NCBI GenBank assembly: GCA_001779915.1
Contig: MFEJ01000019.1
Coordinates: forward strand, 1 to 34,469
Source: Candidatus Doudnabacteria bacterium RIFCSPHIGHO2_01_FULL_45_18
GTDB lineage: Bacteria; Patescibacteriota; Doudnabacteria; UBA920; O2-02-FULL-48-8
Length of the DNA: 34,469 bases
Reading direction: 5' to 3'
The position numbers and the translations under genes are program-made. Shown here piece by piece: positions 16,856-25,946 of the stretch; position 1 is the stretch's first letter, and the number at the start of each line of letters is the position of its first letter. Under the pieces are notes generated by a model, which did no database searches, was not told the DNA's origin, and saw only the letters and a list, made by a program, of their open reading frames with translations.

Positions 16856-17188
16856 ATGGATTATAAAAACATTCTAAGAATTCATGAACAAAAAATTATT
16901 TTAACTACCGGCTATTTGCTAGTGGCTGGGTTGGCTTTTGGACTGGGGAGATATACCCTGACAGATCTGCCACAAGAGCAGAGTAATTATACCCCAACAA
17001 TATCGGGTTTACAAACAAATTCGGAAATAAACAAAGAGACCGAGTGTGATGGAAAAATTAAAGGCTCTTCCAGCATGATTTATCATGTTCCAGGCGGCTC
17101 ATTTTATAGCCGAACTACAAACCCAATCCGGTGTTTTGACACCGAAGCGCAGGCGGAAGCCGCAGATTTCAGAAAGTCGTCAAGATGA
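16856..17188 (+). CDS. Membrane-anchored sunset-domain-like protein
   Basis: It has one N-terminal TM helix. The C-terminal CDGKIKGSSSMIYHVPGGSFYSRT..CFDTEAQAEAADFRKS matches the remembered sunset-domain pattern. Confidence 0.6.
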   Translation: MDYKNILRIHEQKIILTTGYLLVAGLAFGLGRYTLTDLPQEQSNYTPTISGLQTNSEINKETECDGKIKGSSSMIYHVPGGSFYSRTTNPIRCFDTEAQAEAADFRKSSR

Positions 17189-18363
17189 AGCGAATATATT
17201 TAGACTACGCAGCTACGACACCGCTTGACCCGCGCGTTGCCAAGACAATGCGTGGTTTTGAGTCAGAAATTTACGGTAACCCAAGCTCTGTCCATCGCGA
17301 GGGACAAGTGGCACGAGCCAAGATTGATTTTGCCAGAACAGAAATCGCCAGGTTTATTAACGCCAAGTCTCAAGAAGTTGTTTTTACCTCCGGCGCGACG
17401 GAAGCGAACAATCTGGCCATTCAGGGTGTGATAAACCACGTGATTCGGTATTCAAAAATTAAGCCGCATGTCATCACCACAAAACTTGAGCACCAATCTG
17501 TTTACAATTTAATAAAAGATCTGGAAAAGAGGGGAGTGATTGAAGCAACTTTTGTATCCCCTGACAAAAATGGTTTGATTAACGCCCAAGAGATAATTAA
17601 TGCTGTCAAAGATAATACTGTTTTAGTTAGCGTCATTTTTGTCTCAAACGAGATTGGCACAATTTTACCAATTCGTGAAATAGGGCAGACTCTTAAGGAA
17701 CTAAAACCTAAAACCTACAACCTAAAATCTGTTTATCACATTGATGCCGTCCAAGCTGCGAAATTCTATAACTGTAATGTTGAAAAACTCGGCTGCGATT
17801 TATTAACCCTTTCCGCGCATAAGCTTTATGGTCCCAAGGGAATCGGATCTCTTTACATTAAATCAGGGCTTAAAATGCAAAATTTGATGATTGGAGGCTC
17901 CCAAGAATATGGTAGAAGGCCAGGAACACAGAATACATCCGGAATTGTCGGCTTTGCAAAAGCTGTTGAACTTTTAGGATCACTTGAGAATCGTCAAAAA
18001 AGGTCTGAAAAAATTTTTGTGCTGCGCGACCTTTTGATCAAAGGGTTAAGCAAGATTCAGAAAGCAGAACTAAACGGACCAGTCGGGGAGACTCGTGTTG
18101 CGGATAATGTCAGCTTTACTTTTCATAACGTTGACCAAGACGCGCTGATGACCGCGCTAGATCTGGCGGGAATTGCCGCATCAACCGGTTCGGCTTGTGT
18201 TTCTGGTTCCTCGGAACCATCACATGTAATCCAAGCGCTTGGCAAAGTCAATACTGGACAAGCCAGCACAATTCGGTTTACACTGGGTAGCAGTACCAGC
18301 GCCATGGATATCAAATCAGTTATTAAAATCGTGTCTAAAATTATTAGTGAATTAAGCAAATGA
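17185..18363 (+). CDS. Cysteine desulfurase (NifS/IscS class V aminotransferase)
   Basis: It begins IYLDYAATTP. It has the PLP lysine motif SAHKLYGPKG and the catalytic loop STGSAC. Confidence 0.92.
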   Translation: MKRIYLDYAATTPLDPRVAKTMRGFESEIYGNPSSVHREGQVARAKIDFARTEIARFINAKSQEVVFTSGATEANNLAIQGVINHVIRYSKIKPHVITTKLEHQSVYNLIKDLEKRGVIEATFVSPDKNGLINAQEIINAVKDNTVLVSVIFVSNEIGTILPIREIGQTLKELKPKTYNLKSVYHIDAVQAAKFYNCNVEKLGCDLLTLSAHKLYGPKGIGSLYIKSGLKMQNLMIGGSQEYGRRPGTQNTSGIVGFAKAVELLGSLENRQKRSEKIFVLRDLLIKGLSKIQKAELNGPVGETRVADNVSFTFHNVDQDALMTALDLAGIAASTGSACVSGSSEPSHVIQALGKVNTGQASTIRFTLGSSTSAMDIKSVIKIVSKIISELSK

Positions 18364-19088
18364 AATTGCGATTTTCGTATAAATTTTTTATTCTAATCTT
18401 TCTGGCCTTCGTTTTCGCAGCCATTCTTTTCATATTTCAGAAACCACCACAAGTAGGGGAAGCCCCAGAAACGATATTTAATCCAGCCACCCCGGACGTG
18501 GTCTTGGCTGACCAGGTCCTTCTTAACGTACCATTCACGTCCCAGGCGCCCCTGGCCGACTGGATTGATCCTCGGCACCAAGAGGGCTGTGAAGAGGCCT
18601 CCTTGCTCATGGCCTGGCTTTGGATTAATGGTCAGAACATGACTAAGGACGAAGCGGAAAAGACCATTGAAGATATGGCTGACTTTGAACTATATACATA
18701 CGGCAATTTTCGCGATACGAATGCTTACGATACGGCAAGAGTAATGAAAGATTATTATCAATACGAAAAGACTGAAGTTAAAATTAATCCGACTATTGAA
18801 GATATAAAAAATGCTCTTAGGCAGGGGAAACTTGTTTTAGTTCCGGTTAATGGGCAAAAGCTTAATAATCCTAACTTTAAACGACCCGGTCCGACGACTC
18901 ACATGCTGGTAATCAAGGGTTTTGATAATTCCAAAAATCAATTCATAACTAATGATCCGGGCACGAGACTCGGTGAAAGTTATATATACGACTATCCAGT
19001 GGTTTACGATGCTATGGTGGACTATCCAACTGGTGATCATCTATCCCAGGATGACCGACCGAAATCCATGATCGTGATCTCAAAATAA
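18360..19088 (+). CDS. Secreted or membrane-anchored C39-like (YvpB-type) peptidase domain protein
   Basis: It has an N-terminal TM/signal segment and the motifs VPFTSQAP and GCEEASLLMA (Cys). A distal H is present. Confidence 0.65.
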   Translation: MKLRFSYKFFILIFLAFVFAAILFIFQKPPQVGEAPETIFNPATPDVVLADQVLLNVPFTSQAPLADWIDPRHQEGCEEASLLMAWLWINGQNMTKDEAEKTIEDMADFELYTYGNFRDTNAYDTARVMKDYYQYEKTEVKINPTIEDIKNALRQGKLVLVPVNGQKLNNPNFKRPGPTTHMLVIKGFDNSKNQFITNDPGTRLGESYIYDYPVVYDAMVDYPTGDHLSQDDRPKSMIVISK

Positions 19089-19106
19089 AAGAAGCAACAT
19101 CCTGTT

Positions 19107-19744
19107 ATGAACGAGCAATTAAGAGAAAAATACTCTAATCTTAAAAAACGTTCTAAGGAAAAACTTAATACGTCTTTCTGGTCTCTTGATAATATCCGAG
19201 ATGGCTTGAATTATTTCTTCGAGGTTTATAAAAGATACCCAACCGTCCCTGAAGTAGATAAATTTGAATTTTTGCCGACCGCCAGAACAATACAAAGATC
19301 CTTCGGTGGGCTGGTTAGTTTAAGAAGACAGCTAAACCTAGCTAGACCTACGAATTATAATTCCGGTGAAGCTAGAAGTATACTTGCCGGTAAGCTCTGG
19401 AAGAACGCTCGCGAGTACGAGGAAGCTTTTTACAATTATCTAATAGAAATATTACCAGAAGTTACCGTTCATGAACATAAAATACTAAGACCAGGCGGTG
19501 TCTCGTGCGATTTCTTTATATATAATTCGAAATATATAATTCGAACAGCAGAGGAACTGCAAAGGATAAAAGATATAAAAATTTAGTTTGTCCAGTGCTG
19601 TTTATACTAATCGGGAATGCGTCAATAACACAGGAACAAATCGATAGAATAATTAAGAATAAAAAAAACATACTTAGTAGTCACATAAAAGTACTGACTG
19701 AGGGAACATTCAAATCCAATCTACAGTTTTACCTACAAACGTAA
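19107..19744 (+). pseudogene. Homing-endonuclease-associated-repeat protein gene disrupted by a 14-bp tandem duplication; intact length would be ~207 aa
   Basis: The ORF stops at 19586. Deleting one copy of ATATATAATTCGAA joins it in frame to a continuing open frame ending at TAA 19742..19744. The N-terminus (FWSLDNIRDGL..YPTVPEVD..TIQRSFGG) resembles the HNH-associated repeat. Confidence 0.7.
19518..19545 (+). repeat. Perfect tandem duplication, 2 x 14 bp (ATATATAATTCGAA)
   Basis: It was read directly: unit one is 19518..19531 and unit two is 19532..19545. Confidence 0.97.
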
Positions 19745-20049
19745 ACGGTTTCACAGTTTCTACAAAAAAGGGGAGAAGAATATTTTGTTTATCAAATTCG
19801 GTAATACTAATACCTATAGCAGACGACCAGTTATCCTATAGTGACATGTGGGGGAGAGTCTATAAAGAGGTACATTTAGAGATATCGAGCTAGTCGCACA
19901 AGATACCTTTTGCGTCGCTTATAATAAAATACTGGTAAAGTAAGTAATTCGCAACGTTGCTACGGGAAGTTTAATGTTTGGGTATTCCCTAGCCTCTTTA
20001 TCGTAAAATGTCGTGTCTTATTTTTTGTTGTTTAAATAATAATTAGCAA

Positions 20050-20078
20050 ATTTAAAACGCCTCAGGGGTGAGGCGTTT
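20050..20078 (-). terminator. Rho-independent terminator of the M23 peptidase gene (hairpin usable in both directions)
   Basis: The hairpin is ACGCCTCA-gggg-TGAGGCGT. On the minus strand TTTTAAATTT follows it. Confidence 0.7.
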
Positions 20079-20092
20079 GAGGTCTCCCCTAC

Positions 20093-21400
20093 TTATAGAA
20101 AATCCAGGGGATTGTAAGTGGCGCCATAAGGCACTTGGTATGGTCCATAGAGGCTGGTATAGGTTCCTTCCGCCACGCCAAAGCCTCTGGCGTCAAAAAT
20201 CGTAAAGTGGAGATGGTAACCGCGGTGTGAACCGTAAAGCAGTCGCGTGGTATTGCCGGTATTACCCTCAAAGCCGACCAGCTCACCCTCTTTTACTGTT
20301 TGCCCTGATTTAAGTTTAAACGTACTCATGTGACCATAGACACTGACAATGGCCTTGCCCGCAAATTTTCCCACGTCATGTTTAATGGCGACCCAGTTGC
20401 CATATGCCCCACTGCCGGTTCCAGTTCCGACGACCGTACCATTGGCCGTAGCGTAGATTGGAGTACCAGGCGGACCCGCAATATCTATGCCATTATGATA
20501 AGTGTATCCAAGTTTGGTAAATCCGGTATTGCCATATCCTTGAGTCAAAATTCCCTGCATGGGCCAAGCAATCAAACCATGAATCGGTTTTAGTCGGTTG
20601 GCAGTTCCAAGCTTGGCCGCAATCTGGCTGTCCAGATCGTTAATTTCTTTGCTCAATTGCGCTTCTGCTGCCTCGGAATCAGCTAACAGTTTTTGATAAG
20701 CTTTCTCCTGACCCTTGGTTTGGTCTAATACTTGCTGCTTGGCCTTTTGCTGACCAGCCAATCCCGCTTTCGTCAAGTCTAACTGGGTTAATAAAGTGTC
20801 AAGATTGATTCGCTCGCGTTTTAAGTCGGCTTGACGCAAGTCCAAATCAGCCTTAAGCTGCTTGATTTTTGTCAGTGATTCCTGGCTTTGTTGCTGAATA
20901 CTGGAGATGTACTGAACTTGGTCTAAGAACTGTTGGAAGTTTTCGTTTTCCAGCGCAATCTCCAGGGGCGAACGCTGATCCAGATCGTTAATTTCGGCAA
21001 TCAAACTTTTGAGAATATTTTTTTGCTTGGCGATTTGGGCTTCGGTTTCAATAATTTGATTGGTGACATCTGCAATCTCTAGATTAGTCGTGGCGATTTT
21101 ATTCTCCGTGACTTCGATTTGCGCCTGCGTTTCTACAATTTGCAGATTAAGGATATTTAGGGTATTCTTCAGGGAATTAACTTGCGATTGGGCCTTCTTG
21201 ATCTGGCTTTGGTAATCCGTAATTTTAGATAAAATCGCGTTTAACTCCTCTTGCTTAGCTTGTTTTTGTTTGGCTAGCTCACTCGCGCTCTGACCGGTAA
21301 CATGCGGTTTGGCGCCCATGGCGAAAATAACACCAAGCAACAATAAGGCGATCATTACCTTTTTTATATTATGATTTTTTTGTTTCAAATGATAAAACAT
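20093..21400 (-). CDS. M23 family metallopeptidase with a long N-terminal coiled coil (EnvC-like)
   Basis: A signal/TM segment is followed by a Q/K/E-rich coiled coil. The C-terminus has HNGIDIAG and GYHLHF motifs. Confidence 0.9.
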   Translation of the reverse strand: MFYHLKQKNHNIKKVMIALLLLGVIFAMGAKPHVTGQSASELAKQKQAKQEELNAILSKITDYQSQIKKAQSQVNSLKNTLNILNLQIVETQAQIEVTENKIATTNLEIADVTNQIIETEAQIAKQKNILKSLIAEINDLDQRSPLEIALENENFQQFLDQVQYISSIQQQSQESLTKIKQLKADLDLRQADLKRERINLDTLLTQLDLTKAGLAGQQKAKQQVLDQTKGQEKAYQKLLADSEAAEAQLSKEINDLDSQIAAKLGTANRLKPIHGLIAWPMQGILTQGYGNTGFTKLGYTYHNGIDIAGPPGTPIYATANGTVVGTGTGSGAYGNWVAIKHDVGKFAGKAIVSVYGHMSTFKLKSGQTVKEGELVGFEGNTGNTTRLLYGSHRGYHLHFTIFDARGFGVAEGTYTSLYGPYQVPYGATYNPLDFL

Positions 21401-21424
21401 AGTTTCTATATTTTATCATAAATT

Positions 21425-22903
21425 TCAGATTTTGTAAAGGTTTGCTACGGCAGAATTAATCCGTTTTAGAATAATTTCTCGGCCATTTGGTAAAACCAGG
21501 AAAGCTTTCATAATTTCGAAAGGCCCCGGAGATGCCTCAACGCCAGTGAGCGCGACTCTTAGGGGCCAGAGCACTTCCCCGGTTTTCATCTCGTTGTCAC
21601 TAATAAATTTTTTTATATTGTCTTCTGTCGGTTTGGTTGTTTTCAAAAGTTCCAAAAGTTTTTCCAGATTCTGAATGATGATTTGCTTATCTGATTTTTT
21701 CCATATCAAGAGTTTGGCATCATAGGTTGGATCTTTGAAAAAATACATGACCCTCTCCCCTATTTCGGATAGTTTACGTAGCCGATCTTTCTCTAAAGCC
21801 AAAATTTCACTAACGAATTCAGTTGGATACATGCTGACTGGAATCTCGGCCTTAACTAGGTATGGCAAAGTTTTGGCAAAGAGCTCTTCGGGCTTCATTT
21901 TTCTGATATAGACGCTATTAAACCAGTCAAGTTTATCCAAATCAAACACCGCGCCGGCTTTGTTGACTTTTTCAAGCGAGAATTGCTCAATCAAATCTAG
22001 TAAGGAAAAAATTTCATCCTTGGTTTTCGGATTCCAGCCAAGCAGGGCGATGAAATTCAGCAACGCGTCCGGCAAGTAACCCTGCTCTAATAAATCCCTG
22101 ACAGCGACATCACCCTCCCGTTTGGAAAGTTTTTTGCGAGTTTTGGAAAGCAGGAGCGGTAAGTGAGCAAATTGCGGTGATTCCCAGCCAAACGCGGAGT
22201 AGAGCAAAATATGCTTCGGAGTGGACGGAATCCACTCATCGCCCCGGATCACATGAGTAATTTGCATCAGGTGGTCATCCACAACACTGGCTAAATGATA
22301 AGTCGGGAAGCCGTCTGATTTAAGTAAAACCTGATCATCCACTTCATTACTTGAAATTTTAATTTCACCATGCACCACATCGGTAAATCGAATTGTTTGA
22401 TCGGAGGGAACATTGAGTCTAACCACATGCGACTCGCCGGCGCGTAGTTTTGCCTCAATTTCTGGGCCAGATAAAGTCAAACACTGTTTATCGTATTTGG
22501 GCGGTAATTTTTGAGCTTCCTGATTTTTGCGCAGTTCTTCAAGTCGCGCGGGATTACAGAAACAGTAATACGCGGCCTTTTTTTCAATCAGTTCTTGTGC
22601 GTGCTTTTTATAGATATCTAACCGTTGGGATTGGGAATATGGACCAAAACCACCGCGCGACTGGGTCCCATCTTGCCAGTAGGGTCCTTCGTCCGCGTTT
22701 AGCTTGAAATCATTGAATGTCTGTAAAATATTTTCAAGTGATCCGGGTACAATCCGCGCCTGATCCGTGTCCTCGATTCGTAGGATGTACTTGCCCTGTT
22801 TTTTACGCGCAAACAAAAAATTATAAAGCGCCGTGCGCAATCCCCCGACATGCAAAAATCCCGTCGGACTGGGAGCATATCTAACTCTGACTTCTTTACT
22901 CAT
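21425..22903 (-). CDS. gltX: Glutamyl-tRNA synthetase
   Basis: RVRYAPSPTGFLHVGGLRTAL carries the HIGH-type motif and KLSKR the KMSKS-type motif. Confidence 0.96.
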   Translation of the reverse strand: MSKEVRVRYAPSPTGFLHVGGLRTALYNFLFARKKQGKYILRIEDTDQARIVPGSLENILQTFNDFKLNADEGPYWQDGTQSRGGFGPYSQSQRLDIYKKHAQELIEKKAAYYCFCNPARLEELRKNQEAQKLPPKYDKQCLTLSGPEIEAKLRAGESHVVRLNVPSDQTIRFTDVVHGEIKISSNEVDDQVLLKSDGFPTYHLASVVDDHLMQITHVIRGDEWIPSTPKHILLYSAFGWESPQFAHLPLLLSKTRKKLSKREGDVAVRDLLEQGYLPDALLNFIALLGWNPKTKDEIFSLLDLIEQFSLEKVNKAGAVFDLDKLDWFNSVYIRKMKPEELFAKTLPYLVKAEIPVSMYPTEFVSEILALEKDRLRKLSEIGERVMYFFKDPTYDAKLLIWKKSDKQIIIQNLEKLLELLKTTKPTEDNIKKFISDNEMKTGEVLWPLRVALTGVEASPGPFEIMKAFLVLPNGREIILKRINSAVANLYKI

Positions 22904-22926
22904 ATCTGATTACTATTTACTAATTA

Positions 22927-23727
22927 CTACTTAATAATTTTATATTTATAAATTTTCCAAATAAATACCGGAACCGCATTCCAGATCCGCTTAATTCTCC
23001 AAGGCTGGGTGATCAGGCGCCAAAGCCATTCTAGGCCCATCTGATGCATGAAATCGGGTCGTACAGCCCGCTTTCCAGCGAGATAGTCAAATGTACCACC
23101 TAGACCAATCGCGAGTTTAACGTCCAGTTTTGAGAGGTTTTCTGCAATCCACCGCTCTTGATGCGGCGGCGAATGGGCTATGATTAGTATATCAGAATTA
23201 CTTTCTGAAATCTCTTTTATTATCTGATTATCAAATGGGCGTCCTGATAACGCTAAATTTATTTTTACGCTAGGATAAAGTTTTTTTAATTCGTAGGCAG
23301 CCTGTGCCGCGACATTATCTTGGCCACCAACAAAGGCCAGAGAATAATTATTGTCAGCTGCAAGTTTTGCTAAATCATACGCGAGACGATTGCCTGGAAT
23401 TTGCTCCCGAATGACAGAACGAACGTAAGTTGGATTAAAAATAATTGCTGCGCCAGTGTAGATAATTTGCCAAACACTCGCTAACCAATTTCCCTTTAAT
23501 GATAAAAACTTTGCAGCCCAAAGAATGCCAATACCATCAGGTAAAGCCAGGCTGGACTTATTGAGCACTTGGAGATACTCTTTATCCTGAAGAGCAAAAA
23601 TTATCTGCTCCGAATATGGTGTCACAATATAGTGCGGTGAATCAGATTGGACAAAATTGTCTATCTGATCCAATGCCTCCCGTTTCGTAATATTGTCAAT
23701 CAAAACACCCGCGATATCTACTTTCAT
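22927..23727 (-). CDS. WecB/TagA/CpsF family glycosyltransferase
   Basis: The motifs LPDGIGILWAAKF, GGTFDYLAGK and GLEWLWRL..QPWR are characteristic of the family. Confidence 0.87.
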   Translation of the reverse strand: MKVDIAGVLIDNITKREALDQIDNFVQSDSPHYIVTPYSEQIIFALQDKEYLQVLNKSSLALPDGIGILWAAKFLSLKGNWLASVWQIIYTGAAIIFNPTYVRSVIREQIPGNRLAYDLAKLAADNNYSLAFVGGQDNVAAQAAYELKKLYPSVKINLALSGRPFDNQIIKEISESNSDILIIAHSPPHQERWIAENLSKLDVKLAIGLGGTFDYLAGKRAVRPDFMHQMGLEWLWRLITQPWRIKRIWNAVPVFIWKIYKYKIIK

Positions 23728-24254
23728 AAAAGTTTTTGCTCCATAAGGGGGATGTACTTTGGATGATGCAATAATAATTTGCTTTCGTAAAGCGTGATTG
23801 TTTCGGCGCGGAAGCTCAACTTCCGCAACTCTTCCTTAGGGAAATTTTCCACCTTCCGTTGTTGGTTCATGACATTATCCATATGGAGGTTGCCAAGTTT
23901 GACGTGCGCATAGTACTCGTGATCCTGAAACTTGTAACCCAAAGCTTGAAACTGTTTTTCTAGATAACCCTGAAGCTTGTTTAGCTCCGTGTTCGTCGCA
24001 ATAGTCATATGCAATTGATTCCGGAATTTTGTAATAGCCTCAAATTCGATATTGAAGGCTTCTTGGTTTGATGTAAACTGCAGAAAATTTTGTTTTATCT
24101 TTTCCAATTCTGGATCAGTCAGTTCGCCAAAAAAATTCAAGGTGATATGAAGGTTGGTCGTGTTGATATAAGGAATCGGCAAGCGGCCTCTTGTGATTTC
24201 ACCAACCATGTCTCTTGTTTTCTTGGGTAACGGGATAGCTGTAAAAATTCTCAT
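23724..24254 (-). CDS. thpR: RNA 2',3'-cyclic phosphodiesterase (2H phosphoesterase, LigT/ThpR)
   Basis: The first HxT motif is HITLNF and the second H-x-hydrophobic motif is AHVKLG. The size is ~176 aa. Confidence 0.75.
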   Translation of the reverse strand: MRIFTAIPLPKKTRDMVGEITRGRLPIPYINTTNLHITLNFFGELTDPELEKIKQNFLQFTSNQEAFNIEFEAITKFRNQLHMTIATNTELNKLQGYLEKQFQALGYKFQDHEYYAHVKLGNLHMDNVMNQQRKVENFPKEELRKLSFRAETITLYESKLLLHHPKYIPLMEQKLL

Positions 24255-24284
24255 AATGTCTTTTAATTATAGCATAATTCTGTT

Positions 24285-24554
24285 ATGCTTATTAGGATGA
24301 AAGTCGAGAAAAATTATCTTAAGAAAACTAAAGAGCAGCACCTCCACTCCCCTGCTCACGTGTTGGCGGATGAACTTTCCCATAAGTTCTCCGATAAAAA
24401 ACACTTTGGGTTTTATTTGAAAATGGCACTAACTCACGATCATAATTTATTACGTCGAATAGCCGGCGAAGTTTTAGAGAACCAATCTACCAAAATACCT
24501 GGAGCGCTTTTCGCCTTTTTGGTTAAAAAGCAGAAAGAGGTTAAAGATGCTTAA
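24285..24554 (+). CDS. Hypothetical small protein (start uncertain; ATG at 24297 is an alternative)
   Basis: It is an open frame overlapping the def start by 8 nt. No motif was recognised. Confidence 0.45.
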   Translation: MLIRMKVEKNYLKKTKEQHLHSPAHVLADELSHKFSDKKHFGFYLKMALTHDHNLLRRIAGEVLENQSTKIPGALFAFLVKKQKEVKDA

Positions 24555-25035
24555 AATTGTCACTGTTCCAAATTCAATTCTAACCAAGAAAACCGAGCCG
24601 ATTAAAGTGATTGATCAGGATCTGAAGAAACTTGTCACGCAAATGATTGAATCCTGTCGAAATGCTAATGGTATTGGATTAGCTGCCCCACAAATTGGAA
24701 AATCTATTCGTCTTTGCATTATCAACTTAGAACACCTTGGGTTGCCTGCCTTTGCCTTGGTCAATCCTAAAATCGTGAAAAAATCCTGGAAGAAATTGGA
24801 AATGGAAGAAGGGTGCCTGTCTATCCCAGGGGTGTTCGGTATCGTCAGGAGACCCGCGAAAATTACGGTTGCAGCGCAAAATTTACACGGGGAAATAAGA
24901 AAATTCCCAGCTCATGGACTACTGGCCCGCGTTATTCAGCATGAGGTTGATCATCTGGACGGCATTTTATTTACCTCAAAGATTAGTCGAAGAACTGATG
25001 GTGCAGAAACTACACGCAGAAAACTTTTAGAATGA
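24547..25035 (+). CDS. def: Peptide deformylase
   Basis: The motifs GIGLAAPQIG, EGCLSIPG and HEVDHLDG are present. Confidence 0.96.
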   Translation: MLKIVTVPNSILTKKTEPIKVIDQDLKKLVTQMIESCRNANGIGLAAPQIGKSIRLCIINLEHLGLPAFALVNPKIVKKSWKKLEMEEGCLSIPGVFGIVRRPAKITVAAQNLHGEIRKFPAHGLLARVIQHEVDHLDGILFTSKISRRTDGAETTRRKLLE

Positions 25036-25946
25036 AAATAATTTTTGTCGGCACAACTGTTTTTGGCATTCCAACTTTAGAAAAACTAAAAGCTGACCAC
25101 CAGCTTGTTTTGGTGATTACCCAACCTGATATGCCCACTGGTCGCAAACGAGTTTTAACTCCCCCGCCAATAAAAGTTTGGTCGCACAAAAATAATATCC
25201 CGCTCTCGCAGCCTGTGAAAATTTTAGATTGTCAGGAGGAGATTACAAAGAATAATCCCGATTTGATTCTGGTCGCAGCTTATGGTCAGATTATCCCTAA
25301 GGCTATTTTAGACATTCCTAAGTTTGGCAGCATTAACATTCATGGTTCGCTGTTGCCAAAGTACCGAGGCGCGTCACCCATCCAAGCCGCAATCTTAAAT
25401 GGTGATGGTGAAACTGGCATAACCCTGATTCTAATGGACGAGCAAATGGATCATGGTCCCATCATCGCGAAAGAAGTCATCAGACTTTCCGGAGACGAGA
25501 CATATCCTGTGCTATATGCAAAATTAAGCCAGCTGAGCGCGACTTTCGTACCAAAACTTTTATCTGATTGGTTTGATGGAAAAATGAAACCAGCCGAGCA
25601 AATTCACGCGCAAGCAACTTTCACCAAACTTTTAAGCAGGTCAGATGCTAAGCTTGATTGGACGCAACCCGCCAAAAAAATCGATCAAAAAATTAGAGCC
25701 TTAAACCCTGAACCCGGAACTTGGACAACCCTAGATGGCAAGACTGTTAAAATTTTATCCTGTAAACTTTTAACAGAATCAAAAATTGAATTGCCTGGTA
25801 AAATCTACCCACACTTAGGTCAACTCGCAGTGAAATGCCTTGATGGCAGCATCATTGTGACTCAAATCCAACCGGAAGGCGGGTCTATTATGACTGGCGG
25901 AGATCTCCTTAATGGTCTCAAATCTGGTAGCCGATTATTTATCTGA
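25032..25946 (+). CDS. fmt: Methionyl-tRNA formyltransferase
   Basis: It has INIHGSLLPKYRGASPIQ and sits in the def-fmt arrangement with an ATGA overlap. Confidence 0.95.
   Translation: MKIIFVGTTVFGIPTLEKLKADHQLVLVITQPDMPTGRKRVLTPPPIKVWSHKNNIPLSQPVKILDCQEEITKNNPDLILVAAYGQIIPKAILDIPKFGSINIHGSLLPKYRGASPIQAAILNGDGETGITLILMDEQMDHGPIIAKEVIRLSGDETYPVLYAKLSQLSATFVPKLLSDWFDGKMKPAEQIHAQATFTKLLSRSDAKLDWTQPAKKIDQKIRALNPEPGTWTTLDGKTVKILSCKLLTESKIELPGKIYPHLGQLAVKCLDGSIIVTQIQPEGGSIMTGGDLLNGLKSGSRLFI

Noticed and set aside
18146-18152. CTGATGA, the hammerhead ribozyme core word.
   Set aside because: It lies inside the well-conserved cysteine desulfurase coding frame. No flanking helices or a GAAA partner lie in a suitable arrangement.
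24271-24289. Recurrence of inverted repeats built from AGCATA/TATGCT (24271..24289, 33985..33998 and 34186..34202), considered as a shared operator.
   Set aside because: The half-site orientation differs between occurrences (AGCATAA-N5-TTATGCT against TATGCT-N5-AGCATA, and one with no spacer). One half is simply the -10 box of a predicted promoter. Short AT-rich palindromes are expected by chance at this density.
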